Positions 1-12,381 of a stretch of 64,000 nucleotides of DNA are shown piece by piece. Source of the stretch: Blasia pusilla (Eukaryota); contig CM114271.1 of assembly GCA_050084515.1 (NCBI GenBank), positions 42,284,001 to 42,348,000 on the forward strand. The letters are read 5' to 3'. A program made the position numbers and the translations under genes. Within the stretch, counting starts at the first letter, position 1; the number at the start of each line of letters is the position of its first letter. The notes under the pieces are model-generated. The model saw only the letters and a list, made by a program, of their open reading frames with translations. It had not been told where the DNA came from and searched no databases.

Positions 1-1182
1 TAAAGATGCGAGGGGGCAGGGGGGATTTGTTGTTTGCAAGTAGGCAAGCCAATTGCCTTGGTTGGGAGCCCTTGGAGACACTAGTTGGAGTTTTCTTTAT
101 TAGTTTTTTGTTTGGAAGGTCGTGCGTGGAAGCGCTGTCCATTTTTCGTAGATTTCAACGATATTGATTGTGAAGAGAAAGCAGTAGAGTGTAGCACGGA
201 GTGTGGCGGCAAGTGTAGCCTCATCAAATAGCGGGAATGTCATGAGTGTCGAAAAGGAGAGTCACATCTTGCAATCGTTGGGGGTCTATTTAGTAAACCA
301 GTTGGGCTTGGTTACAAGATTGTATCTAGTGCAGGTCCAGGCAGAAGAGAGAAAGCAGGAGATCCAAGGGAGCCCGGATCGAGTGAGGACACGGAGGTAG
401 CCATGGTTATGATAGACAGAGGCCCGAGGTCGTAGAGAGTGTAAAAAATGGGGCCAAGTGTGAAAGAAGGGAGTTGGGAGCGTTCAGCTTCAAGTGGGGT
501 TGAGAGGAATTCAGGTTCGGGTTTCCTAGGTACGTGTAAGTCTGAGGGTATAGCAAGCATATGGAGCCATGTCCATAAGGATGCGTGCCAAGCTAAGAAT
601 TTGGATTGAGGCGCACCCATGTAGAGAGAAGAATGGACAAAGAAGCAACTAGGTTAGGCTGTAGAAGCTCAAAGAAAGGGGCGCGAAAAGGCCATGTGGG
701 GTCACCGTACCCGGCCACACATGGCAGCATGCATGGAGTAGGCGCGCCCACGGGGTTAAGGAGGAACTACGTTATTAACAACTAGAAAGAAGCTAAAGGG
801 CATCGTAAATAAGAGGTGTGCGCGTGTAGATAGAGGTCCTGGCCCATTTGTAAAACAAGTAGCCGAAGTTGGGAAGGAGGAGACGAGTACATGTGGAGAG
901 AGTGGGTTGCATATGCCTTTGTATAGGGAGGCGTGTCCACACCACACGTGGAAAAAGCTACGGACGTAATTGATAGCCGTAAAGTTGGGAAGAAAGAGGG
1001 GTTTTGCCTAGGGATGAAAAGAGAGAGCCATTATGGCTTGTAAGAGAAGACGTGTGCCTAAGGAAGCACAATATGCGGGAGTTTGGGGCCGAGAAAGGCA
1101 GAGCTGGGAGAGCACGGATGAGTTGGGGGTGGAGATAATAAAGGAACACCCAAAGGAGATAGCCACGAGCTACAGGGAACGG

Positions 1183-2164
1183 TGTCTTGTTGAGAGTTTT
1201 CCTTTGAGTAAAGATAAACCTTATAGCTGCGGCATACATGGTTAATGCAAGGTGATCAAACTCCCTAAGAAGTTCTTCTTTTTAAGTACAGAATTATTAT
1301 ATACACTCTCCATTCTCTCATGACAGGAATCACGAATGGTAGTGCCGAGGAGATCATTTCTTCATAATATCGAACCCCAAAATTCCTAACTATAAAGTCC
1401 CTGTAAACGAATTTACACTTGTACACAAGAAAAATAGCACAACTAGTGTTAAACCCTATCCAAGCAGGCCTATTAACATCCATGGATTGGTATATAAGGA
1501 TATACAAAGTACAATCCCATGTCTTTTCATACGTGATAATAGAAAGAATCATCGGAGTTGGAGTTGTATGACCTTGTTCATGAATTCCTCCCCAAAGTGG
1601 TAAACTAGATAGAGAGTAAACTAGTGTCTATCTACGAAGAGAATCTTGAGGTGGTAAGGATTAATGATAGGAAAATCATATACGACTCGTGCTCCATCCC
1701 TATCCATACTTAACGAACATCCTCTACTCTCCTAAAGAATGGGTTTTGGCAGAGTTGTTCTCCCAATAGGGATAATCCACTCTCATTGGGAAAATAACGA
1801 GCCAAAATCATCCACTACCCCTCGCATGACAAAACTCCCCTAAAACTATAAGTCTCCCCAAATCACTATCTCATACCAGACTCTTGAAACTCTCAAAGAA
1901 TAGAACTCAACCAAGTTACTCTCCCAAGAGGGGTAATCCACTCTCATTGGAAGAGCAAGCAAGTCAATTCCATCCACTCAAGATCAACAAGGGAGACCCA
2001 AGAAATGAAGTAGAAGGTGATGAACCCTTGAAGGTCCCTCTTCTTTATACACTCTCAAGGGATCCACAAGAGTAAAAAATAGGGCTAATCTTATTTTGTG
2101 CCACATGGCTTCCTCTCAAGGCTTAACCAATCCTATTTTGACACAAGTAGATTACATGTTATCT
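1183..2164. mobile_element. Solo-LTR-like repeat family A, copy 1 (truncated on the right)
   Basis: Starts TGTCTTGTTGAGAG and aligns by eye with 44203-45455, 48741-49507 and 50399-51286. Contains the internally duplicated motif CTCCCAA(G/T)AGGG(G/A)TAATCCACTCTCATTGG. Homology ends near 2164. Confidence 0.6.
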
Positions 2165-3674
2165 AGTTTCTGAACCTAAGGGAAATTTTAAAGGTCTTTA
2201 CAGGGAAATACTAAGTGACTTGTGTCTTCATCGAGAAGATATCTTTGCGAGGATAGCCATTGGAAGAAGAAGAACTAGTCGCCACAAATCGGCAAGCCCA
2301 TCCGCTGGAGGGTCACAGCGCTTCATCACAAAACGCTAAGAGATTTGGGTTTAGGGTCACGACGCTTCATCACGAAACGCTTCGAGGGATCTATCGTGCA
2401 CAGGAGTAGATTAGACTGTCAAGGAGGAAGAACTGATCCAACATGCACCATGACGAGAAAGGAAACACAAGCAACCAAGGTAGGGAGCATCACTCCCAAG
2501 TCCATCACGACTCTTGCGTCATCATCTCCAAGTCCTCGTTCGGCGAATAAGATAAGGCAACAAGAAATAAAGGAGCGGGAATGATATGCACAGGCACGAG
2601 GTTCTAGAAAAATGTGTTCTGGAGGAGCTCCTTCGGAGCAAAATGCCAAGGCTAAGGCATCGAAGGCCTTGAAGAAAAGAGTCGCAAATGAGACACGCGA
2701 GAAGAAGCGTCTTGACGCCTCTGTCAGAAGAGTAGAATTGGCGAAAGCTCGAAGGGAAAAAACAATCGCCAGTGAAGAAAGCCTTGCTTGTCCAACAGAG
2801 AGTGTTGAGATGCAGGAAATGTCTTCGATGAGGTCTGGGGACACCATGAATCTAAAATTGGCTGAGGAAACGGCCAAATTTCAAGTGACGGATGATGAGG
2901 TCATGAGAACAGCAAGTGTGGAGATGGTGGACATCTTTGAAGAAGCAAGAGAAGAGTCTTTTTCATCTTTGAGCCCAATGGAAGAAATCGACCTTTATTA
3001 GATCGATGAGTTTCTCGTGGACTTGCCAGCTGTTGTCCCAGAGCAGCTAGCGGGCTTGGATACTGACCCAATCTTTGAGCGGGTAAGAAAAATTTGGGTT
3101 ATGTGAAGGCTCATTATGCAACTCATTGGCAAAACATTGTATTTTATTGACTTGGTCCCCATTATGGCAGGTTGTTAAGCAGATGGCACTGATGGATGGC
3201 TAGAAGGCCCCAAGAATTCCACTTTTTCGATTGCGAACAATGGAGTCCGTCCGTGAAATTCAATTGGAAGAGGACATTGCAAAGCTCAAACAATCGGCAG
3301 CAACTGCATCCTACATCGACAGCTTCCCTTCGTTCTATGTTCAGCCTTACGATGAACATGGAATCCAGCTCTGGTGATGGAAGAGGACTTGGAGGCGTTG
3401 GATACTTTCTGGAGGATGAGAGATCAGGAGTTCAGAAGAGCGATTGAAGGAACCCAATTTAGCTGGATACGGAACCTTTACTTGTTCATGTGGGATGGAA
3501 ACCACATGTACATGGTGTGGACACAGTTTGCAGAGGAGTGACTAAATTCATTGGAGGCGCATTTTTGCGTGAAGGCAGTCGTGCTCCATCCATTTCCTCA
3601 TCACATGGCAACGGTGGAAATGGCAATGCATGCGATGAATACGTAAGTTTCCTCTTCCTTAAGTTTGATTCCTT

Positions 3675-4487
3675 CAACCCGTCGTTGTCCGACGGGTTGC
3701 ATAATTGGAAAGCTTAAAGATGGGCAAGAATGATTTGAGTCTCTTGCCACCATCCTATTTGTGGTCAATGTCATAGTCAAGCAAACCGTCGGAGACCGAC
3801 GGGTTGCCTACTGGCCAAGCACACCACATTAATCCGGGATACTAAAACCAATCGAACATCGACGGGTGGAAAAATGATAGCATGATTTATTTTTTCTTCA
3901 ATCCGTCCCACTCCAACGAGTTGTACAATGAGAGGTAACAAATCATCGGACGCCTAAAAGCAACTCGTCGGAGTCCGACGAGTTGCTGGACTGTTCGCTA
4001 TTTTTTGGATACTTTAGGCCGAAAGCAACTCGTCGGACTCCGACGGGTTGCATTTCCCCGCCAGGGTAGGTGGTTCGAAACCGATAACTCGCTTTTAGGC
4101 GTCCAATTCCAGCTTTACAGGGCCATTGCGCAACCGGTCGGACTCCGACGGGTTGATATGTGGAGTTTTTAACCTGGAAACCAAGGAATAAGAGGAACCG
4201 ATCGGTTGGACCAGAGAGTCACAAAAAGAGAGTGCAACCCGTCGGACTTTGATGGGTTGCAATTCTCTCAAGAGTGTTGCAATAAGTGTAACACAAAGAT
4301 AAGTGTTGCGACTCGTCGGACTCTGACACGTTGCAACATTTACCTATGTGTTACGATTTGGACCCCGATGGATTGACAGAATTACGATCCGTCTGAGTCC
4401 GACAGGTTGCAACACTTATCTCTGTGCTACCATTTTGACCCCCATGGGTTGACAGAATTACGACTCGTCAGAGTCCGACGGGTTGTA
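3675..4487. repeat. About 11 copies of the 27-29 bp palindrome in intron 2 of copy A
   Basis: Examples: 3960 GCAACTCGTCGGAGTCCGACGAGTTGC, 4025 GCAACTCGTCGGACTCCGACGGGTTGCA, 4233 TGCAACCCGTCGGACTTTGATGGGTTGCA. Confidence 0.9.
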
Positions 4488-6633
4488 GGAACCCGATAGC
4501 TTGGAGTATTCTTACCTTGTGTTTGGATGTGCAGGATTGTATCCGAGGGGAACGTCAGCCATCACTCGATCCAGTATTGCGATAGGGTGAGGAAGGTGCT
4601 TACGACGCACCCGGCAGAGTACAACAGATTCCTGGGCGACGATCTGGTAAATGAGATGTTGGCGAAGGGAGCTCAAATAAAAAAGAAGACCTGGGCAAAT
4701 ACCTTCATTTCCCAAGATGCAGACGTCACAATGCTATGTTGGTCCAAGATCCAGGCCGCCAAGAAGAGTGCTTTGTTGGAACTGGAGCGAAGAGAGAACG
4801 CATCAGCGTTGGAATGTGCAAAGTTTATTCAAGCTGCCGTATCTGCAGCTACAAAGTACACTGCAAGCAAGATGCAGCATTACATTGCGATTCTTAACCC
4901 CGATTTTGGCTCGGAGTTTTACAAGTAGCTCAAGGCGATAATCAAGCGCCAGCGGAAGAGAGATGAAGATCCACAGGGTCGGATCGGAGAAACAGTGTCT
5001 CTGGACCATGTGCCCAGGTTTGCGCTATCTGGGATATCCGAGTTTAGGCAAATCCGACTGATGAAAATCAGTCTCGAGGGCACTGAGGCCCAAAATTGGG
5101 TGGCACACGGGTACCCTCCGGGAGTTTCATATCCAGTGATCTCCCATTGGCTACGGGAATGGTCATTCTGGGACGCATTGCGCCTTCTCAGGAAGTTCAT
5201 AATCCTGGGTCTACAAGCGGAGCTGAAGAAGATTGAGCCAGTTCCAGAGGAAGCAAACCAAGAGGTTGCACAAGATTTTGAACTATGGCTTGATGACATC
5301 AGAGATAAGCCCATGAAAAACTCAGGATTCAGGATGATGTTCAAGAATCACATCCTCCCTCAGGCAGACCTGGATGAGGAAAGAGACACCAAAAAATGGG
5401 ATTTTGCAAAGAAGAAGCGGGATCTTCACGACCAGGAGGCCGAGTCATCTCGACAAAGAGTTGGCTAGCGGATGGTGTATAGGTACCTCATCAATTGTAT
5501 GAATGCAGGTACCTGGCAAAAATTACCGGCAGCCTGCAAATTGTGGGCTTCTCTACTTGATGGAGAGGGATTCTCCATGTACGACATGGAGATGGGACAT
5601 GGAATGTTTGACTGGGAGGTTATCAATTGTCTAATCTGGTCGGACTTCAACAACCTAGAGGACATTACAGAAAAAAATCTATGCGTGATGTATGATGCAA
5701 TGGTCGCAGGTAGGGATGACATTCCGAACTGTCGACATTCCGAACTTCCGAATCGTGAAGCCTGACAATTTTTTCCAAGGAGATGTGGAGGAGCAAGCCC
5801 TCAAGACAGTGGAGTTGGTGGCAAAGGTCGTCACCGCCAAAGACAAATCCACAGCAGGTTTGAAAGCCAAGGTGAGGGGATCGAGGAATTCCGAGCCCGA
5901 GTCTTCTAGAAAAGAGGCTGAGTCCTCAAGGCCAGAGGCGGAATCGTCCGGGCAAGCGAGGCGAGAGGGCCAACCCAGGTCCTCATCCAAGAAAACTCTT
6001 ATGGAGTCTGAGGTAACAGAGACTCCCACAAGCCTAAAGAGAAGCGAAAGCGGGAGGCGCCTCGTTCGTCCGAGGGAGGAGATAAGGATGTGGAATACAC
6101 TCCTTCATCCTTGGGCATGCATAGGGAAACAACCACCGGGGAAAATGTCCTTATTCACTTGACTCATCTTGTCAATGAGCTGCAGAGTTTCACTTCTCAT
6201 GAGTCGACACCTGCCATCGACAAATTGATCGTGTTGGTACGAAAACTCCTTCGAAACGGGCACGTCCCCTATACGGTGCATGGGGTTGTTGAGGAGGTGG
6301 CAATGGACCTCCTCATTGTGGATTTTCATTTTGGGTTTCACTTGTGGGACAACAATCCGTCTGACACTATCCCTGACTGGAATATCCTGCTTTTGTATGA
6401 TCAGATCGTGATGTTGTTTTCTTTTGCCGACGCGTATCTGAGTGACAGGGATTGTTTCTTGGTCCTCACTGGAGGGAGCGAAGAGAGCTCTTCAACCTTC
6501 AGTGCGTGAAGAGGTCGCTGAAGTGGAGGACGGCGCAATCATGGGTCATTAAAAACAAGTATCCACTCAGATCAGCGACGATTCGAGTCCGGGTAAGTCC
6601 TCTTTTTCAACAAATTGAGTTGGAACATAAATT

Positions 6634-7141
6634 CAACCCGTCGAACTCCGACGGGTTGCATCTCTGCATGCAACCCGTCGGATCCCAACAGCTTGTGTCT
6701 TTCGCTGTTGCAATGTGTCTGAAAATGACGGGTTGCAAATTCACCAACAAGTCTCCATTGACTCCAACCCGTCAGAACACAACGTGTTGCAAGTAGCACT
6801 GCTTTTCCACATGTTTCTGGAGTCATGCAACCCATCTGAAAGCAACAAGTTGTTCTCATATTTGGAAATTCTCAATTCTAAACAATTGTATTCAGTTGTA
6901 AGCCAACCATCGGACTCCGACAGGTGGAGGTTTTGTCCAGCAAGATGAGCAACCTGTCGGCTTCCGACGTGTTGCTCATGGCCAACTCGTCGAACTCCGA
7001 CAGGTTGCTATTCTGTCAGGCCTATAGGCTAAGTTCATAGGGATTGGTAATCACTATGGACTAGTATGATGGGTTGAAAAGCAACCCGTCGGACTCCAAC
7101 AGGTTGCTCCTCTGTCTAGCCAAATGAGCAACCCGTCGGAT
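6634..7141. repeat. Palindrome cluster in intron 3 of copy A
   Basis: Examples: 6634 CAACCCGTCGAACTCCGACGGGTTGCA and 7081 GCAACCCGTCGGACTCCAACAGGTTGC, plus several degenerate or half copies. Confidence 0.85.
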
Positions 7142-8267
7142 CCTCACGTCTACTAGCTTTTTCTTTTTGCTGACATTATTTTCCACCGGCTTGTTTATAG
7201 ATGGATCACTCATTTGTCTATTGCTTTGTAAGGCCCGAGCACAACTTCCAAGTGTTCAAGATCCCGGATCCAGTGGATCCATGCTCTAATGGGTACAGCT
7301 TAGATAGTCTCTACAATTCCCCCCCAGGAATTTACATGCAGGATGGGACCCCCTTACTTGGAGGAAGGGAGAAGTCACCTACCTTGATGCAAACGCTCAT
7401 CAAGCTCTGCTTGAGGCCGGGTGACTTGGTCTTTGACTTAGTGGGCCCATCAAGGGCGAGTATCAAAGGCGCCTAGCATAGTGGCAGGAACATTCTCTGC
7501 CTTGAGGGAAGGCCAGAACTTTTTGACCTTTGCAAAGAGGCAAAGGCGGATTACGAGAGGCTAGTGGGAGTATACAACTCTCCTCCAAAGCCAATAGCTC
7601 CAGTTCCAGAACCACCATTGATATTGACACCATCATCACTTCCTACTATTCCAAAAATTGGGAGGGCAAAGCCGACAATAATTCTGGAAGAGCTATCAAA
7701 TGATGACGAGTGAGTTCAAAGATTTATTGGACCCAGCTTGAGTGAAGCATTTTGGAGTAGGAATTTAGTGCTTTCCAAGGACGGAGCACATATTGATACT
7801 GCATGGGTGTCACCTTGCAGAGCACACAAGATTTACTGTCGAGGAAGGCGTTGGGAATCAAATCATGTTACATGGGACCATTATGGTGTATCTAGGGGGC
7901 GGCCAAGGCTCTCAAATTCCCCAATATTTATGATCCCCGTCTACAATCGGCCAGAGGAGCCACTTGTATCCCAAGACATTCCTTTTGTACAGGAACCTAG
8001 GAGAGTTAGGAGTAAATTTGTAGATGACAAGGTTGAAGAAATCATAAACTATATTTCCAAGCTTCCCTCGGATGTAATAAAGGACAAGAAGTTTTTGAAC
8101 CATGATGGTTTTTGTAAACTTTTTCTGAATTGTTTTTCGTTCTTGTCGATTGTAACCTGTCGATTCCGACGGGTTGCTTTACCTACCTAATTTGCAACCT
8201 GTAGGATTGCGACGGGTTGCAACCTTACACTTGGACCACATACTTGGAAAAAATGGACAAAACTCAC

Positions 8268-10277
8268 TTGCCGCATAAAGTTTTCCCATTGCCTCATACA
8301 CACGGTCCACCAACTGAGCCACCAACACAACTCTTTGTATTTCCCCTCAATCTCATGTTTTCTCCACCACAAATGAAGCTCTTCTTGGCACTCCATGGCT
8401 TGTTTCAAGGTTTTGCTATCCTTGCAGCGTTGAAGTAGAGCTACATGCTCTATTTTCTTAGTCTCCTTGATGGAGGATTTTGTGTAGCGAATCACAGACT
8501 ATTGCCAATTGAAACCATCCGATCTTTCCCTTTCTAGTTGAACCCCCAAAAAAAAAAAACACTTCCCTGATCCCAATCCATCCCGGTTTGGCATTTTCCA
8601 CCATGAAACCATATATTTCAGGAGGAGGTCTTTTGTTTTCCATCACCACCTCCAGTAAGAGTAACCAACACATCTTCAATTTGCCAACATCTGCCGCTTT
8701 CACCTCACCCAAAAAAATGGTTTTGAGACCCTTTTCCACATGGTTGTAAACGTATGCACGCATGGTCAACCATCCATTTAACACCCTGTAGCAAATATCA
8801 AAGCTAACCCAGCTCCCAGATCTTCTCCCTCCTTCATTCTGTCAATAAGATCCAGGCTGCTAGACGGGCCTGTAGTAGACATTTTGAAGACATAAGCTCT
8901 AGATCCCTCGCCTCCTTGGCCCATGAACTCCCATCTCTCGATGGATGGAAACCGTGAGTTGGCCTTGATCCTGGAAATGGCATTCATTTCTGCGCTCTTT
9001 CCATCAAGTATTCGTATTTGATGCAGTAAGTTCTTGAAGCTTTCATGATCAGCCAAGAATGCAAATTTTCCCACAATTGCTTCTCCTCAACTGGGGTGAT
9101 CTCCCCTTGGCCAAGGATACCCAGCTGTTGTTCACAAACTTTTGATGTAGTTGTCAATTTGATCACTCGTGGCTTTGATCCTGGAGAATTTTTATACATC
9201 TCGGCCACTTTCTATGCCACATCCTCCTTGATGTGTCTCTAAATTGCACCCGTGATAGGATGAGTGTGAGACCCAACATGAATTTCCAACCTTTTATACT
9301 CACACGTAGAATTGGAGTCGTGCACTATGAAAAAAATATAAGCCGGAAAAGCTCTAAAATAGAAAGAGGAGGCTTGACAGTGCGGATATCGATGGCCACC
9401 CGGAAATATGGTCGTACCCACAACGTAAGGAGTTTTTGCATTTTTGGGAGGGAATTGGGAAGTATTCACGACTCTGTTCCTCTGGAGGAAGGGGCATCCT
9501 AGAATTTTTCACTCCAATGCTCCAAAGCATTGGCAACGAGACACAATCCAAGGACCACCTAGGATTGAAGCGCTCGTCCGCTGCAGTGTGCACCATCGAT
9601 GACAGTCCAATTTTTCGGTCCATACCCTTCAGGCCGCCTCCATCTTTCTTCTGAGCTGGAGCGACAAGTGGAGGCAGCTCAAAAATGCAGTCTCCATCAT
9701 ACGTTGCGGGTAGCTCATCCACGATAATGTGCTTGAACAATTTCAAGGGGGGAGAAGAAAGCAAAGAATTCCCTGAAACTTGAAGCAGGAAAGAGTCAGC
9801 AGATGTTGAGTTAGACATGTTTCCAACAAATCCTATGAGATCGACGATATCCGAGATGTCCACAGCTTCAACTGTGACATTTTGTGCTTGTGAAATTGGA
9901 GTTGATGTTGGATCGGCCAAAGCAGCCGTGCCAAAGATGGAGCATGGAGCACTCAAAGGTCTCGGACCATCTTCATGTGTCGAAGTGGTGATCAGAAGTA
10001 AGCCATAAACTCTGAATTGTCCATTGGAGTAGGGAAAGAGGTTCCACACTTTGGAGCCTCCAATCTCCGGTTGGATTGTTTCACCAATGATATCATCTTG
10101 CCCATCAACCTTGACATCCTTGGATACAAAGATGGTTTTAATCTGGAGAAGAAATCGGAGTGAGAGGAAATGTTCTTCGACAATTACATGAATGTCACTA
10201 GATTGGGCTCGAATTATCTCCGATTGAGGAAGGCCCGCTAGATGACTGCCACATGTGAGCTTCACATAATTGTCCAT
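8268..10277 (-). pseudogene. MULE-type transposase, copy B (GCM-like Zn domain plus N-terminal DDE part; 3' part missing)
   Basis: Reads MDNYVKLTCGSHL...FKHIIVDELPATYDGDCIFELPP...HVGSHTHP, then RAYVFKMSTTGP...FDICYRVLNGWLTM...GFMVENAKPGWIGIREV. Ends at a GT donor (8267). Homologous to 13199-17167. Confidence 0.75.
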
Positions 10278-10526
10278 TTGGTAAGACCAAGAATGATTGC
10301 CAAGATAGAGGAATAAGAATAAGAATAAAAATAAAAATGTTGAATTTATAGTGAATAGTGCCTGTTTAAATTCTGACAGAATATGTCTGACATGGTGTTG
10401 GTAGTTAGGTGACTAGACTTTCCAGAAAGGAATATTCGAACATGTTGCTAGTGGGAAAGGATTTGCATGGCTTCCTTGAACCTGTGGAAGCCAGACCGGT
10501 TGGAATATCGACTCAAGGGAAAGGTC

Positions 10527-11285
10527 AACCCGTCAGAGTTCGACGGGTTGGAAACCGTCGGCAGGGATGTCGAAGGAACGAACCCTGAACTCATGTTGTC
10601 AAGTTGAATCGAGTTTGGGGAGGGCCGGTTCAACCCTTCGGAGTCCGACGGATTGCAAATTCTTGCACTCAAAATGGCGCTCCCTTAGGTTCAGTGTCTG
10701 GGTTCCGCAATCCCTTAGGTTCCGTGCAACTCGTCGGAGTCCGAAGGGTTGCACGAATCAGGCTGAATGGTCCTTGTCAAAGCCGTTGGAGTCAGATGGG
10801 TTGCACGGGATACAAGTTGAGGGAGCCCGTGCAAGCCTTTGTGGTGTGACGGATTGCAAACGTGGGCATGATCAATGGTCCCCATACAACCCGTGGGAGT
10901 CCAACGGGTTGCATAAGAACCAGGCTAGATGGAGGAACGGGTTGCAGGAATTGTGAACGATGAACGGTCCACGTGAAACCCATCGGAGTCCAACAGGTTG
11001 CAGGTTACCCAGGCTGGATGGGCCCTCTGCAACCTGTCGGGATTCGACGGGTTGCAGGATCTGAGCAGGATGACTTCCTACAACCCGTCGGGGTCCGACG
11101 GGTTGCAAGAACTGAGCAGGATGACTGCGTGCAACCCGTCAGAGTCCGACGGGTTGCACGTCGAGTCCTGGGCATTGCAATTGCAACCTGTTAGGCTCCG
11201 ACATGTTGCAGGCAGACCACGCATAACTTGTACCGTAAGGGTTCACCATCGTACAGCTGATTCCCTGTCGGACACCAACGGTTGA
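10527..11285. repeat. Regularly spaced palindrome array (51-55 bp period) between divergent transposase and ParB-MTase genes, copy B
   Basis: Palindrome starts at about 10725, 10776, 10830, 10885, 10974, 11028, 11079, 11130 and 11182, with roughly 22-26 bp spacers that are partly related to each other. Confidence 0.9.
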
Positions 11286-11517
11286 GTCCAACAGCTCCGA
11301 AAGTATACAAGGACGAGTTTCAAGGCTTTTCACTATTCCATTCTATACTTTTCTGCACTGCTTTCAAATCCCCTGTTCACACAAATACAAAAACTGAGTT
11401 TCCAATTACTCGGACATTTCGACGGTCATTGTCTCTTCATTTTGGGGCTATAACGGTTCGAGTTGAATCGATTCTTTTCAGAGGAAAAGAATCAATTCAA
11501 TTCTCAACTTATTTCAG

Positions 11518-12372
11518 GATGATTTGAAAAAAAATCCAAGCAAGCAAGGTTGGGAGCTTCTAGCCCAAGTCAGGCGGAACTCCATCTTCTGTTACGCAAC
11601 GCACGCCCGTAGATGTACCGCGAGCGGGAAATTGAAATGAGGAAGCACGAAACGTTGGCAAAACTTGCTTTGGAGAAGCTCGAAAAGCAAGAGGAGAAAC
11701 GAGAAGTGAAATTTCTCGCAGATGCAGAGAAGGACGAGAAGAAATGCATGGAGCCCAAGATCAAGCAGAAGAAGAGGCACGATACCGCCTTCCGGGAAGT
11801 CGAACTGGCAAAAGCAAGGAAGGAAAAGGCAGTCGCTGTAGAAGAAGAACCCTCCCAACGACCCACCAAGAGTGTGGAAATGGAGGATGTGTCATCCATG
11901 AGATTGAGTGGTCCAATGCAAGAGACCAATATTGATGAGCTTCCAGCGACCAACAAGGAAGGTGTTAGAACCCCGACTGTCGAGATCATGGAGATCTCGG
12001 AAGGAGAAGGAGAAGAGTCTTCTGGATCTCAAAAGCCTGTTGAAGACTTCAATCTCTTTGAAATTGAAGAGTTTCAAGAAGACTTGCCGGATGAGGCTCC
12101 AGATCTAGAGTAGCTCGTTGGACTTGATATGGACCCAATTTTCAAGCGGGTAAGCATTGTTCTACAATTCTCTCTTCATTGCATTAGTGCCAGTCATTTT
12201 GGAAATTGTGCATTGATTGTGTGACATTCGTGCAGGTGGTGAAGGAGATGGCACTGGTTGATTGCCCGAATGCCCCGAGGATTCCTCTATGCCGACTCCG
12301 AACGATGGAATACATCAAAGAAATCCAATCAGAGGAAGACATTGACAAGTTAAAGCAGTGTGTGGCAACAGC
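11518..12372 (+). pseudogene. ParB-MTase fusion gene copy B, 5' part only (divergent subfamily), cut off in exon 2 by a TIR
   Basis: The ORF at 11613-12113 is homologous to exon 1 of copies A and C (ELAKARKEKA, SVEM..SSMR). It has the same intron position (AAGCGG|GTAAG ... GCAG|GTG) and exon 2 VVKEMALVDCPNAPRIPLCRLRTMEYIKEIQSEEDIDKLKQ. Confidence 0.8.
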
Positions 12373-12381
12373 TTTAGAGCT

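Larger units (their letters stand above)
2448..8107 (+). pseudogene. ParB/Srx-like plus beta-class amino-DNA-methyltransferase-like fusion gene, copy A (most complete; stops and frameshifts)
   Basis: GT-AG introns at 3083-3170, 3643-4534 and 6593-7200 join in frame. Exon 1 is charged/coiled-coil. Exon 2 reads RIPLFRLRTMESVREIQLEEDIAKLKQS...WDGNH (3491-3505)...VKAVVL...MAMHAMN, a ParB-fold pattern. Later exons read MDLLIVDFHFG (motif IV position, 6321), YLSDRDCFLVLTG, SWVIKN, DHSFVYCF, EKSPTLMQTLIKLCLRPGDLVFDLVGPS and HSGRNILCLE, matching beta-class MTase motif order. Confidence 0.72.

Noticed and set aside
1-1180. Possible retroelement coding remnant
   Set aside because: No RT, endonuclease or gag motif could be identified with confidence.
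1265-1552. Conserved protein-coding ORF (similar ORF at 50443-50691)
   Set aside because: The similarity only reflects copies of repeat family A. The 44203 copy has an in-frame stop, and no domain is recognisable.
2448-10277. Convergent MTase/transposase pair as the element's native layout
   Set aside because: Both genes are truncated at the junction. The conserved divergent promoter and the TIR positions support the divergent layout.
10527-11285. CRISPR array (palindromic 29 bp repeats with short spacers); likewise 17342-18270
   Set aside because: The context is eukaryotic and intron-containing, with no cas genes. The repeats are degenerate, the spacers are related to each other by duplication, and the same motif is scattered in introns.
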